From an uncultured Flavobacterium sp. (GTDB taxonomy: Bacteria; Bacteroidota; Bacteroidia; Flavobacteriales; Flavobacteriaceae), in NCBI GenBank assembly GCA_964558625.1, contig CAZLEU010000002.1, forward strand, positions 6,618 through 70,617: a stretch of 64,000 nucleotides of DNA, given 5' to 3'. A model generated the notes under the pieces. That model did not search any database, was not told the origin of the DNA, and saw nothing but the letters and a program-made list of their open reading frames with translations. Shown here piece by piece: positions 9,113-17,396 of this stretch (position 1 is its first letter; each line of letters begins with the position of its first letter). A program made the translations under genes and the position numbers.

Positions 9113-10908
9113 GCTCCCTCTATTGGCCTAGTCAAAAAATAAAGGTTTTAAGATTATTTGTAAGTGATTATGTGAAAGACAATTAAACAAGCCCTATAGA
9201 ACACAAGTTATTCTATATCAATACATTCGAAAATTCGAATTCTGCCTTGTAGAAATATTATGTTTCTACAAGGTTTAAAAAAACTAAATCAAGTGATTTC
9301 AGTTTGAATAAAACTTGAATTATAAAACAAACGTTCATTGATTTATTGTAGAGATTTAAAAAAAGAAGTAAAATGAAAGTTTTTTGTTGCTCTTTTCAAT
9401 TTGCTTGACACTTGTCTATGCAATTTGTTTGCAACAATAATTACAATTCTCTTCCAATCGTTGCCTGTTGGATTTGTTTAGTACAATTTTGATACTAGCA
9501 AGTTCGGGATTCTGATGAACTTCGTTTGGTGTATAGATTTTATATTTATTACACGGTCGGTTGTTATTGTAATCTTCTATAAAGAATTTGAGTTCCTCAT
9601 AGATCGTTGTTGAAAGGATTTCTTTCGACCTAAAGTAATAACTCTTCATAATTTTGTATGGCCCTTCCACTATAGAATTAGAAAAGGTTACATCTTTAAG
9701 TGCTATCTTTTTGTTTATTCTAACTTCACAGTTTTTAATAAATTCATGAATGGTCTTATTATTATTTTCTGTTCCGCCATCAACAATTAAATCCAAAGAT
9801 TGATTACCTATACTAACATCAAATTCATTTTTGATGGCACGTTTTACAGTATCGGTTCTAATTTTAGAACATTTCTTTTTGGAAATTTCCCAAGCAATTA
9901 TTTTTCTTGAGAAATTATCAACTACAGTGTAGATGTAAAAGGTAACATTATCTAATGTTTTATATTGTGAAATATCCATGTGCCAAGTTTCATTTGGACG
10001 TGAAGCATTAAATGAACCTTTCTTACGTTTTTTCTTCTCCGGTTTTCTTGCTTGTGAATAGCCCAGCTTTCTAGCATACCTATACCATGTTGATTCCGCC
10101 ATCGAAATAGCTTCATCCCTTAGTGCTTTACCCCATATAGAACGAATACACCATGTTTTGAATTTGGAACTATTCATATACTTTTTTAAAACAGTAATTT
10201 CTTTGTTAGAAATTTGTTTAGGTCTTCGCTTAAAACATTGCCCAATAAGTGATTTGGAACAGGCAAACTTTCTATCGGATAACCAAAATGCATATTGCTG
10301 TTTTGTTATCATCAAAAAACGAAGCAAATCTTTTTTTGCAATCGGAAAATCTCTCCTAAGTTTTCAATCAAATCAACAAAAATATTTCGGTTGTTTTTGA
10401 TAAGTCCTCTTAGGTTCTCCTTCCCTATTAATGTGATTAAAGTGATATATAATTTCCCAAATTGAACAAAAACTTTTCTACTAAGAGCAAGACGTCTATC
10501 AAGAAATAATTTAGTATCATCCAATCCTTCTTCAATTTGTGAAACATAATCGGAACCTAAATATTTATTTGGGTTTTCTCTTTTCCAATAGTGTGATGTA
10601 GAATTTGGAATGGATTCAATAAAGGTTTGAGGAAGAAGTTGTTCTTGAAGCCCTAAAGCAAAACAAGTTTTAACTCCTGTGTGGTAGGTATTGTAATTCG
10701 TCTTCATAGTTTCTCTTACAAGATTTATTAAAACAAAATCTTGCTTTTCTCTACTTTAATGATAAAAATTTGGGGCAGTGGCAATTCGAAAATTCGAATT
10801 CAAAATATCAAATCCTTTATGGTTCGATGCCCAAGAGGGGTTGATTTTTAGGCTAATATACAAAAAATCAAACATTTGCGGTTCGAGATTCGGTCAATGG
10901 GGGGGAGC
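9113..10908 (-). mobile_element. rve/DDE (IS3/IS481-like) transposase element with imperfect TIRs
   Basis: Left GCTCCCTCTATTGGCC versus reverse complement of right end GCTCCCCCCCATTGACC; exact 18-bp direct repeat ATTCGAAAATTCGAATTC at 9225 and 10784. Confidence 0.75.
9416..10707 (-). CDS. DDE-type integrase/transposase split into two ORFs (10312-10707 and 9416-10327) by a -1 frame change
   Basis: PNETWHMDIS, VVDNFSRKI, IVDGGTEN, NSIVEG, DYNNNRP; in-frame A_AAA_AAG at the ORF junction. Confidence 0.8.
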
Positions 10909-11197
10909 TCGGGAAGCACTCTTAACGATATAGATTATACCTATGATGCCAACGGAAACATGGTAACCGATGTCAACAAAGGGATAACTAGTATCAAATA
11001 CAACCATTTGAACCTGCCAACCGAAATTATTTTTAACAACAATAGTTCAAAAAAAATTACTTATCTTTATAACGCACTGGGTGTAAAGTTGCAAAAGATA
11101 GTTACAAACGGTACGAGTGTTGTTACCACGGACTATTTAGATGGGTTTCAGCACAAAGATGCTGTCTTGCAGTTTTTTCCACATGCAGAAGGTTATG
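10909..11197 (+). pseudogene. Orphan Rhs core fragment (Bacteroidota Rhs type)
   Basis: DYTYDANGNMVTDVNKGITSIKYNHLNLP...YLYNALGVKLQK...TDYLDGFQ...FFPHAEGY; both ends coincide with repeat ends. Confidence 0.85.
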
Positions 11198-11393
11198 GGT
11201 AGTGTATCAAATGTGTTGTTTTAACAAAAAACAAATTTCAATGAATTGATTTCAATATAAAATAAAAATAATTTCAGATTAGACAATCATAAATAAATGT
11301 TGATTGGTTCGATGTTCAAGAAGGGTTTAAAAAAACAAGTAACTAACAAAAAATCAGAAATTTACGGTTCGATAGTAAGTCATAAGGGGGAGC
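11198..11393 (+). repeat. Chimeric mini-element, copy 1 (IS1 left end + DDE-element right end)
   Basis: GGTAGTGTATCAAATGTGTTG...GGTTCGATAGTAAGTCATAAGGGGGAGC; near-identical to 12246-12440. Confidence 0.9.
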
Positions 11394-11403
11394 TTTTCTG
11401 GAC

Positions 11404-11432
11404 ATGCCACCGTAAAGGTGGCATTTTCTTTT
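11404..11432 (+). terminator. Intrinsic terminator
   Basis: ATGCCACC-GTAAA-GGTGGCAT followed by T tract. Confidence 0.75.
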
Positions 11433-11633
11433 TATAACGTTTTGTTTTCTAAAGAGTTACAAGCAAAAAAAGCGGTTCGAGATTTTGAATTTTTCTGAAC
11501 GGCTTTTTTGTGGGGTATATCGAACGGAAAAATACCCCCATATAAAATAAATATTTTTTGATTTGCGGTTTCCCGTAATTTTATTTTAATCATTTTAAAT
11601 ATCTTTCTCATTATTAATTTAAAAATATAAAAT

Positions 11634-11915
11634 ATGGCAAATTTTAAAAAAAGTGATTTAAAACTAATGTATTCTTGGACTGCATCCGCAGAAAATGATA
11701 ATGCAAAAATAACTGGTAAACCAGATAGTATTTTACTTGATCGCAATGAAGGCTATGAAGTTCTTCCTTTCCTTAACAATTATATGACTTATAAAGGATG
11801 GACATTGAAGACTACATTGAATAAATTGGAGGATTGTCTTCGTAAAGATGTGCCAGGAACTACTAGAAGCCATGCAAATATTAAAAACTGGTTGGATGAA
11901 AATTTTAAATTGTAA
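11634..11915 (+). CDS. Hypothetical protein, 93 aa
   Basis: ATG after an A-rich leader, soluble-protein composition (DNAKITGKPD...RNEGYEVL), terminator AAAAAAGAGCTAGTTAGCTCTTTTTT directly after the stop. Confidence 0.75.
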   Translation: MANFKKSDLKLMYSWTASAENDNAKITGKPDSILLDRNEGYEVLPFLNNYMTYKGWTLKTTLNKLEDCLRKDVPGTTRSHANIKNWLDENFKL

Positions 11916-11963
11916 AAAAAGAGCTAGTTAGCTCTTTTTTTGTTTTTGGGGTTGTGTACATGG

Positions 11964-12185
11964 GCTTCCTCTAATGGATACAAAGAATAGATATGATGAG
12001 AAAAAAATGGATGTAAGTGAGAAAACTCTTTGTAATGAGGGTGTTAGAATGTAAGTTGCTTATCATCAGGTGGTACGAATATTCGTAAATATGCTTGAGG
12101 AGCAAATGATAATTTTAGATTAGGTAATCATAAATAAATTTTGATTGTTTCTGTCCAAGAAGTGATGGAAAGGCATGAAGGGAGT
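11964..12185. mobile_element. MITE-like unit with DDE-element-type ends
   Basis: GCTTCCTCTAATGG...CATGAAGGGAGT; central palindrome TACGAATATTCGTA; left ~160 bp repeated at 12536; right part homologous to the chimeric repeats. Confidence 0.65.
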
Positions 12186-12245
12186 TCTTTTTTTCAAGAA
12201 TTTCAGTTACTACTTAAGGTCTTAAATAATATGTCCATTCAAAGG

Positions 12246-12440
12246 GGTAGTGTATCAAATGTGTTGTTTTAACAAAAAACAAATTTCAATGAATTGATTT
12301 CAATATAAAATAAAAATAATTTCAGATTAGACAATCATAAATAAATGTTGATTGGTTCGATGTCCAAGAAGGTTTTGAAAAACAAGTAACTAACAAAAAA
12401 TCAGAAACTTACGGTTCGATAGTAAGTCATGAGGGGGAGC
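12246..12440 (+). repeat. Chimeric mini-element, copy 2
   Basis: Near-identical to 11198-11393; ends in GAGGGGGAGC, like the tRNA-Asn 3' end. Confidence 0.9.
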
Positions 12441-12449
12441 TAACAAAAG

Positions 12450-12480
12450 AAAGCCTTCACAGAAATGTGAGGGCTTTTTT
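12450..12480 (+). terminator. Terminator resembling the one after tRNA-Asn
   Basis: AAAGCCTTCAC-AGAAAT-GTGAGGGCTTTTTT, with the same CAGAAATG core as 4961-4988. Confidence 0.75.
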
Positions 12481-12535
12481 ATTTTATTGACTGAAACATA
12501 TCTGAAACATTTTCTATTTTTGTTATAAGATGGAG

Positions 12536-12697
12536 GCTCCCTCTAATGGATACAAGGAATAGATATGATGAAAAAAAAGGCTGTAAGTGAGAAAGCTCTT
12601 TGTAATGAGGGTGTTAGAATGTAAGTCGTTTATCATCAGGCGGTACGAATATTCGTCACTATGATAGAGAAACAAAAAGTAATTTAAGATTAGGTAA
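12536..12697 (+). repeat. Second copy of the MITE left arm
   Basis: GCTCCCTCTAATGGATACAA...GGTACGAATATTCGT...AGATTAGGTAA aligns with 11964-12127. Confidence 0.85.
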
Positions 12698-12771
12698 AAA
12701 AGATAAAAAATACAAAACTGGATAGACATAAAAAGGAACATATCAATGGAAAAACTAAATAACAAACATAT

Positions 12772-13392
12772 ATGAAAAAAGGAATAATTTTAGTGGGCTT
12801 ATTTTTAATTTTAGCAACCTCACAAGCTCAAAAACTATCTTATGGTTTGATTTTGGGAGGAGAAGTTTATGAGTCATTAAATAATACAGGTGCATACAGT
12901 TTTACTGCTGATCAAAGTTTAATTCCAAATTTGGGGGCTTATGTTGAGTATGGTTTCACTAAAAATATTGGTTTTAAAACAGGTGTGACTTTTAATACTA
13001 AGAAAATCACTTACTCGCCACATATTAATAATCCTAGCAGAACTACATATCCATTTACTCTTAGTTTAATTGAAGTTAGCCCGAGTATTAAATTTGATTT
13101 TGGCAAAGAATATCGAAATGGTTTTTATATGTTGGTTGGTCCAAAGTTTTCTTTCATAAATAAGGTAAAAGATTCTAGTGGAGAAAATGCTAATGATTTT
13201 TTTGAAAGAAAAAATAAAGGAGTTCAATTAGGTTTTGGAACAAGAATTGGAAAGTTTATAGATTTTGAAACAAAGTTTGATTATGAATTAACACCATTCT
13301 TTAAAATTCCTGAAAGTGATAGGCAAAGTAATTTTGGGGGACTATATATTTCTCTTAATGTAGACTTAGAAAGAATCATAGACAAAAGCTAA
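12772..13392 (+). CDS. Outer membrane beta-barrel (porin family) protein
   Basis: Signal peptide ending AQ, alternating beta-strand pattern, GFYMLVGPKFSF, GVQLGFG. Confidence 0.75.
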   Translation: MKKGIILVGLFLILATSQAQKLSYGLILGGEVYESLNNTGAYSFTADQSLIPNLGAYVEYGFTKNIGFKTGVTFNTKKITYSPHINNPSRTTYPFTLSLIEVSPSIKFDFGKEYRNGFYMLVGPKFSFINKVKDSSGENANDFFERKNKGVQLGFGTRIGKFIDFETKFDYELTPFFKIPESDRQSNFGGLYISLNVDLERIIDKS

Positions 13393-13396
13393 GTTG

Positions 13397-13619
13397 GCTC
13401 CCTCTAATGGATACAAAGAAAGGTAGTTTATCAAATGTGTTGTTTTAAAAAAATGAAATCACAATGATTTGATTATCAATATAAAATTAAAAATAATTGT
13501 TAATAGAGAAGACGACCATTTGGTCGTCTTCTCTATTTTTGCGCACTTAAAACGAATAAAATGGTAGAAAAAACTACTTCGTGTATCAAATGTGTTAGTG
13601 GTGCTGAAATTTGAAAGTA
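13397..13619 (+). repeat. Short DDE-type left TIR joined to a truncated IS1 left end (hairpin plus transposase start)
   Basis: GCTCCCTCTAATGGATACAAAGAA, then 13422-13619 aligns to 5018-5215; ORF MVEKTTSCIKCVSGAEI* stops at 13614. Confidence 0.9.
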
Positions 13620-13913
13620 ATTTTAAATATAGAATTATCTAAAGCTAAGATGATTTTTAAATACTGTATAAACATCTACTTTTGGGACTAAATAAATAGC
13701 ATCTTGATATTCAAAATATAAAAGGAAATAGTAATATTAACTAAAATGCGAACAAAAATCAATTGTAATTTTAATTAAAAAATCAAATCATTTTTTGAAT
13801 AATTATTAATTATTGGATAATTAGTAGACACAACTGTTTATAAAGTAATAATTCAAAAAGAGATATAAAACGTATTGTTTTTATATAATGGATTAATTTT
13901 TAAAATGATTTGT

Positions 13914-14990
13914 CTAAAACTCCATTCTTTTTATCTTTTGCTGCCATCCGTGTAAACTACTTATCATTAAAAGTAATTTTACAATTGTCCAAAATAAAGT
14001 CATTATTGTTAAAATGATCAATGTTGTAGAGAAATACGAAATCAATCCGAATCCGACAAAAAATAATATCATACAAAATAAAACTACAAAAAGAGATATT
14101 TTTTTATGTGTTAATCCAGCTGCTAAAAGTAAATGATGTAAATGCGTTTTATCGGCTTTAAAAGGGGAGCTTCCTTGTTTTAATCTTCCAACATAAACTC
14201 TTATTGAATCCAAAACGGGAATTGAGAAGAACGCAACCAATATCAAAAAAACATAAGCGTAACCATAATTGTTTGTTGAATGTTGTTTTTCCATAAAATG
14301 GATACCCAATGTGACTAGAATAAATCCTAATGATAGAGAACCTGCGTCTCCCATAAAAATTTTCTTTTTAGACAAATTAAATTTTAAAAAGCCAATAATT
14401 GCTCCAATAAAAATGACGCTAACTTTTCCCAAAAAATAATCGTTGTAAAAAAACGACGAAACCAAAAACATTGTAAATCCCAAAAGCGACAATCCGCCGA
14501 CTAAACCATCAACACCATCCATCAAATTGAAAGCATTTACAACACCAGTAATTACAATTATTGTTAAAAGATATTGAGCCCAAGTTGCAATTTCGTATAC
14601 GCCGAGAAATCCGTAAAAAGTTGTAATTCTTGTGCCTGATAGCGCAATTATAAATGCTAAAAGCAACTGAATTGCTAATTTGTATTTAACACACATGTCT
14701 GTTTTGTCATCGATTACACCTACAATTAGTAACAAAAAACCAGAACTTAAAATCGGCAAATATTCTTTTAAAAGACTTAATTGATTTCCAGATACAAGTA
14801 ACACAATTAATACAGTAATAGTAATAGATATCCCGCCCACCAATGGAACAGCATTCGTGTGAACTTTTCTGTAATTTGGTTTGTCAACTAAATTGATTTT
14901 TACAGCTATTTGTTTGACAAATGGAATAAAAAATAAAGCTAAGATTAGAGCTAATATTCCAAGAGTTGAAAATTCTAATAGTGTTTTCAT
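13914..14990 (-). CDS. WecA/MraY-family undecaprenyl-phosphate sugar-1-phosphate transferase
   Basis: DKPNYRKVH..VPLVGG, GVIDD, NAFNLMDGVDGL, FMGDAGS, DKTHLHH. Confidence 0.93.
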   Translation of the reverse strand: MKTLLEFSTLGILALILALFFIPFVKQIAVKINLVDKPNYRKVHTNAVPLVGGISITITVLIVLLVSGNQLSLLKEYLPILSSGFLLLIVGVIDDKTDMCVKYKLAIQLLLAFIIALSGTRITTFYGFLGVYEIATWAQYLLTIIVITGVVNAFNLMDGVDGLVGGLSLLGFTMFLVSSFFYNDYFLGKVSVIFIGAIIGFLKFNLSKKKIFMGDAGSLSLGFILVTLGIHFMEKQHSTNNYGYAYVFLILVAFFSIPVLDSIRVYVGRLKQGSSPFKADKTHLHHLLLAAGLTHKKISLFVVLFCMILFFVGFGLISYFSTTLIILTIMTLFWTIVKLLLMISSLHGWQQKIKRMEF

Positions 14991-14992
14991 GG

Positions 14993-16204
14993 TTATCTTT
15001 TTTCGTAAAATAAGTTGTTGTTTTGTAAATGAGCTAAATTATTTTCTTTCAAGAAGTCAGGATTAAGTCTATGAATTTCCGAAAAAACACTACTTTTTTT
15101 GTCAATTGAAATGGCTTCTTTTAGTAATAAATCATACTGATTTGAAATTTTTTCCCAAGTATATCTTCTCAGTGCAATCATTTTCATTTCTTTACGCAGT
15201 TTACCCATTTCTGTTTCAGAAACAACTTTTAATTTAGCAACAAGATCTTCTGAAGTTGAAAAATAAATAGCTTTATTTTCGGTTGTAGTTTTGTTATAAG
15301 AAACATTAAAAGCTATAATTGGAAGTTCAAGATACATAGCTTCAACAAGCGAAGGGTTTGTTCCGCCAGCAGAATGACCATGCACATATAAAGCTGCATT
15401 TCCTCTAATTAAATCAATTTCTCTTTGATTGTAAATTGGATCGTAAATATGAATATTAGCAATATTGTTATATTCTTCTTTTAGTTTTTTGCCATATTCG
15501 CTATTATTCCAGTTTCCAACTAATACTAAATTTGAATTTGGAAGTTGCTTGAAAGCTTCTAAAACCATATGAACATTGTTTTCTGGTTCGATACGGCACA
15601 CTTTTACTGCATAATCATTTTTCATAAAAGGATATTTTGTATAATCCTCATGAGTTGGAGTAACTTGTAAAGTATGATCAGCACCATATTCGATAACGCG
15701 ACTTAAAGTTTCGTAACGCAAAGCTGTATAATCTTGAATAGATTCGTTGTCTGAAATATCTATATGCGAATAGCGAACGGCAATTTTTTCGGCCCACCAC
15801 AAATATAGCTTAGCAAAAAGTGACCATTTGTCTCTTTTCCACTCAATTCCGTCAATAGAAATTATGATTTTTTTGTTGGTAAAAAATTTTACGAAAGGCA
15901 AAATCCATGCGCCAGCAACACCAAGAATCAACAAAACGTCATTTTTGCGTAACGCTTTTAGAATAGAAATCGTGTCATAAGTAATACTTTGAACACCATT
16001 TGCTTCTAGGTTAATGTATTTTAGTTTGGCACCTTTATACGATTCGATTTGTTCTTCTTTAGAATATTTCTTTTTTGAACAATAAACGGTAAAATCATAC
16101 TTGCTTGAAAGATGTGTTACTAAGTGATCTGCAAGTGTTTCAAAACCGCCATATTTTGCAGGTAAACCAACAGTTCCGATTATTGCTATTCTTTGTTTTT
16201 CCAT
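14993..16204 (-). CDS. Glycosyltransferase (DUF1972 / RgpA-Cps2T-like)
   Basis: IIGTVGLPAKYGGFET, DGIEWKRDKW, RIEPENN, HGHSAGGTNPSLVEAM. Confidence 0.88.
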   Translation of the reverse strand: MEKQRIAIIGTVGLPAKYGGFETLADHLVTHLSSKYDFTVYCSKKKYSKEEQIESYKGAKLKYINLEANGVQSITYDTISILKALRKNDVLLILGVAGAWILPFVKFFTNKKIIISIDGIEWKRDKWSLFAKLYLWWAEKIAVRYSHIDISDNESIQDYTALRYETLSRVIEYGADHTLQVTPTHEDYTKYPFMKNDYAVKVCRIEPENNVHMVLEAFKQLPNSNLVLVGNWNNSEYGKKLKEEYNNIANIHIYDPIYNQREIDLIRGNAALYVHGHSAGGTNPSLVEAMYLELPIIAFNVSYNKTTTENKAIYFSTSEDLVAKLKVVSETEMGKLRKEMKMIALRRYTWEKISNQYDLLLKEAISIDKKSSVFSEIHRLNPDFLKENNLAHLQNNNLFYEKR

Positions 16205-16230
16205 TTAGGGTAATTATTAATTTTGTGATA

Positions 16231-16315
16231 TTAATCAGAATGCCAAAATAAAGCCAATATTATAAAATATTGAAATACAATACGTTATTCAAAATACAGT
16301 TTCCAAATTTTGGAA
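16231..16315 (-). promoter_or_regulatory. Putative sigma54 promoter with upstream palindromic enhancer
   Basis: TGGCA (minus strand, 16241-16245) and TTCCAAATTTTGGAA (16301-16315), offset 60 bp. Confidence 0.65.
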
Positions 16316-16323
16316 TTTTTATA

Positions 16324-17394
16324 TTAGTTGGAAAGTATTCTTATAGATTCATTCTCAAAATAGTCTTCTCCAAAGAACTTGCTTTTCTTAATGGCATTTT
16401 TGCTCATAGCATTATACAAAGTTGCATTAGAAAATAAAGCATTGAGTTTTTCCGAAATTAAGGCATAATTTTTACTGTCTATCAGGTAACCATTTTTACC
16501 TTCGTCAACAAGTTCTACAACACCGCCAACAGGAGGAACTATTGTAGGTAATCTGTAAACCATTCCCTCTAAAATAGTTAATCCGAATGTTTCAACCCAT
16601 AGATTAACATTGGATAGGTTGACTAAAACTGATGCTTCTTTGTAAAAAGGATGTGTGTCTTTTTGAGTTGGATAAACTATCAAGTTTGACGGAATTGTAT
16701 CGTTTTTAAAATAATCATCAATTTCATTTTGATTAGCATTTACAACTAGTTTGAAAATAAATTTTGGATTTAATTGTGCCAATTTTAGAAACTCATTTAC
16801 ACCTTTATAAGCTTTTAATGAGCAAATCATCAAGACAATCTTTTCTGATTTTTCTTTTTTGAAATTTAAGTTAGCTTGCTCTACAAAGTTTTTTTCAAGT
16901 ACATTGTAAAGTACTCTTTTTTTATTTTTTGTTGGCTCTTGGTTTGCCAAAAAGTTAGAAACATAAACAACTTCGGTAGCCGACCAACGTGCAATAGCAA
17001 AGAGAAATTTCTTTAAAATTAAAGGTTTCATAGATGTTTCATGAATATGATAAATCACTTTGCATCCTTTTATTTTTCCTATAATTCCTGCTCCAAAAGG
17101 CAAAACTGTATTTACATACAAAATATCTGTTTTTTTGAGAAAGAAAAATAATTTGATGCCTAAAAAAAGTTGACTAATAGTTAAAAAAGCCAAACGAACA
17201 AATGGATTTTTAGCAAATTTGTACCAATAAAAATGATTATTAACTCCATGAATATTAGATAAAAAACCTTCTCTGTTGCCGCAGGTATAAAGGTGAGTTT
17301 CAATATTGTTTTTTGTCCAGCTTTTTAGTAATTGCATCAAAACTTTTGGACTTCCGCTAAAATCGTTTAGTAAATGGGTTGCAATAACTCTCAT
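16324..17394 (-). CDS. GT4 glycosyltransferase
   Basis: YKGV, ETFGLTILEGM, GGVVELVDEGKNGYL. Confidence 0.88.
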   Translation of the reverse strand: MRVIATHLLNDFSGSPKVLMQLLKSWTKNNIETHLYTCGNREGFLSNIHGVNNHFYWYKFAKNPFVRLAFLTISQLFLGIKLFFFLKKTDILYVNTVLPFGAGIIGKIKGCKVIYHIHETSMKPLILKKFLFAIARWSATEVVYVSNFLANQEPTKNKKRVLYNVLEKNFVEQANLNFKKEKSEKIVLMICSLKAYKGVNEFLKLAQLNPKFIFKLVVNANQNEIDDYFKNDTIPSNLIVYPTQKDTHPFYKEASVLVNLSNVNLWVETFGLTILEGMVYRLPTIVPPVGGVVELVDEGKNGYLIDSKNYALISEKLNALFSNATLYNAMSKNAIKKSKFFGEDYFENESIRILSN

Positions 17395-17396
17395 GA

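Noticed and set aside
9113-10908. Retroelement-like unit (TG...CA core, rve integrase, tRNA-complementary site)
   Set aside because: No reverse transcriptase or long terminal repeats in the window; a DDE insertion sequence is the simpler reading
10876-11202. Intact 108-aa Rhs protein as listed in the ORF track
   Set aside because: The first codons come from the element end and the stop from the IS1 end; it is a fragment
11432-11746. 104-aa minus-strand ORF
   Set aside because: Antisense to the better-supported 93-aa gene and its leader; no recognisable motifs
10802-12440. Additional tRNA genes at the GGTTCGA...GGGGGAGC copies
   Set aside because: Only T-arm/acceptor 3'-like sequence is present; there is no D arm, anticodon arm or 5' acceptor strand
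12523-12765. 80-aa minus-strand ORF
   Set aside because: It spans the MITE arm and has low-complexity F/L/Y composition; probably spurious
11198-13619. CRISPR array
   Set aside because: Repeats are 160-220 bp, irregularly spaced, separated by genes, and no cas genes are present
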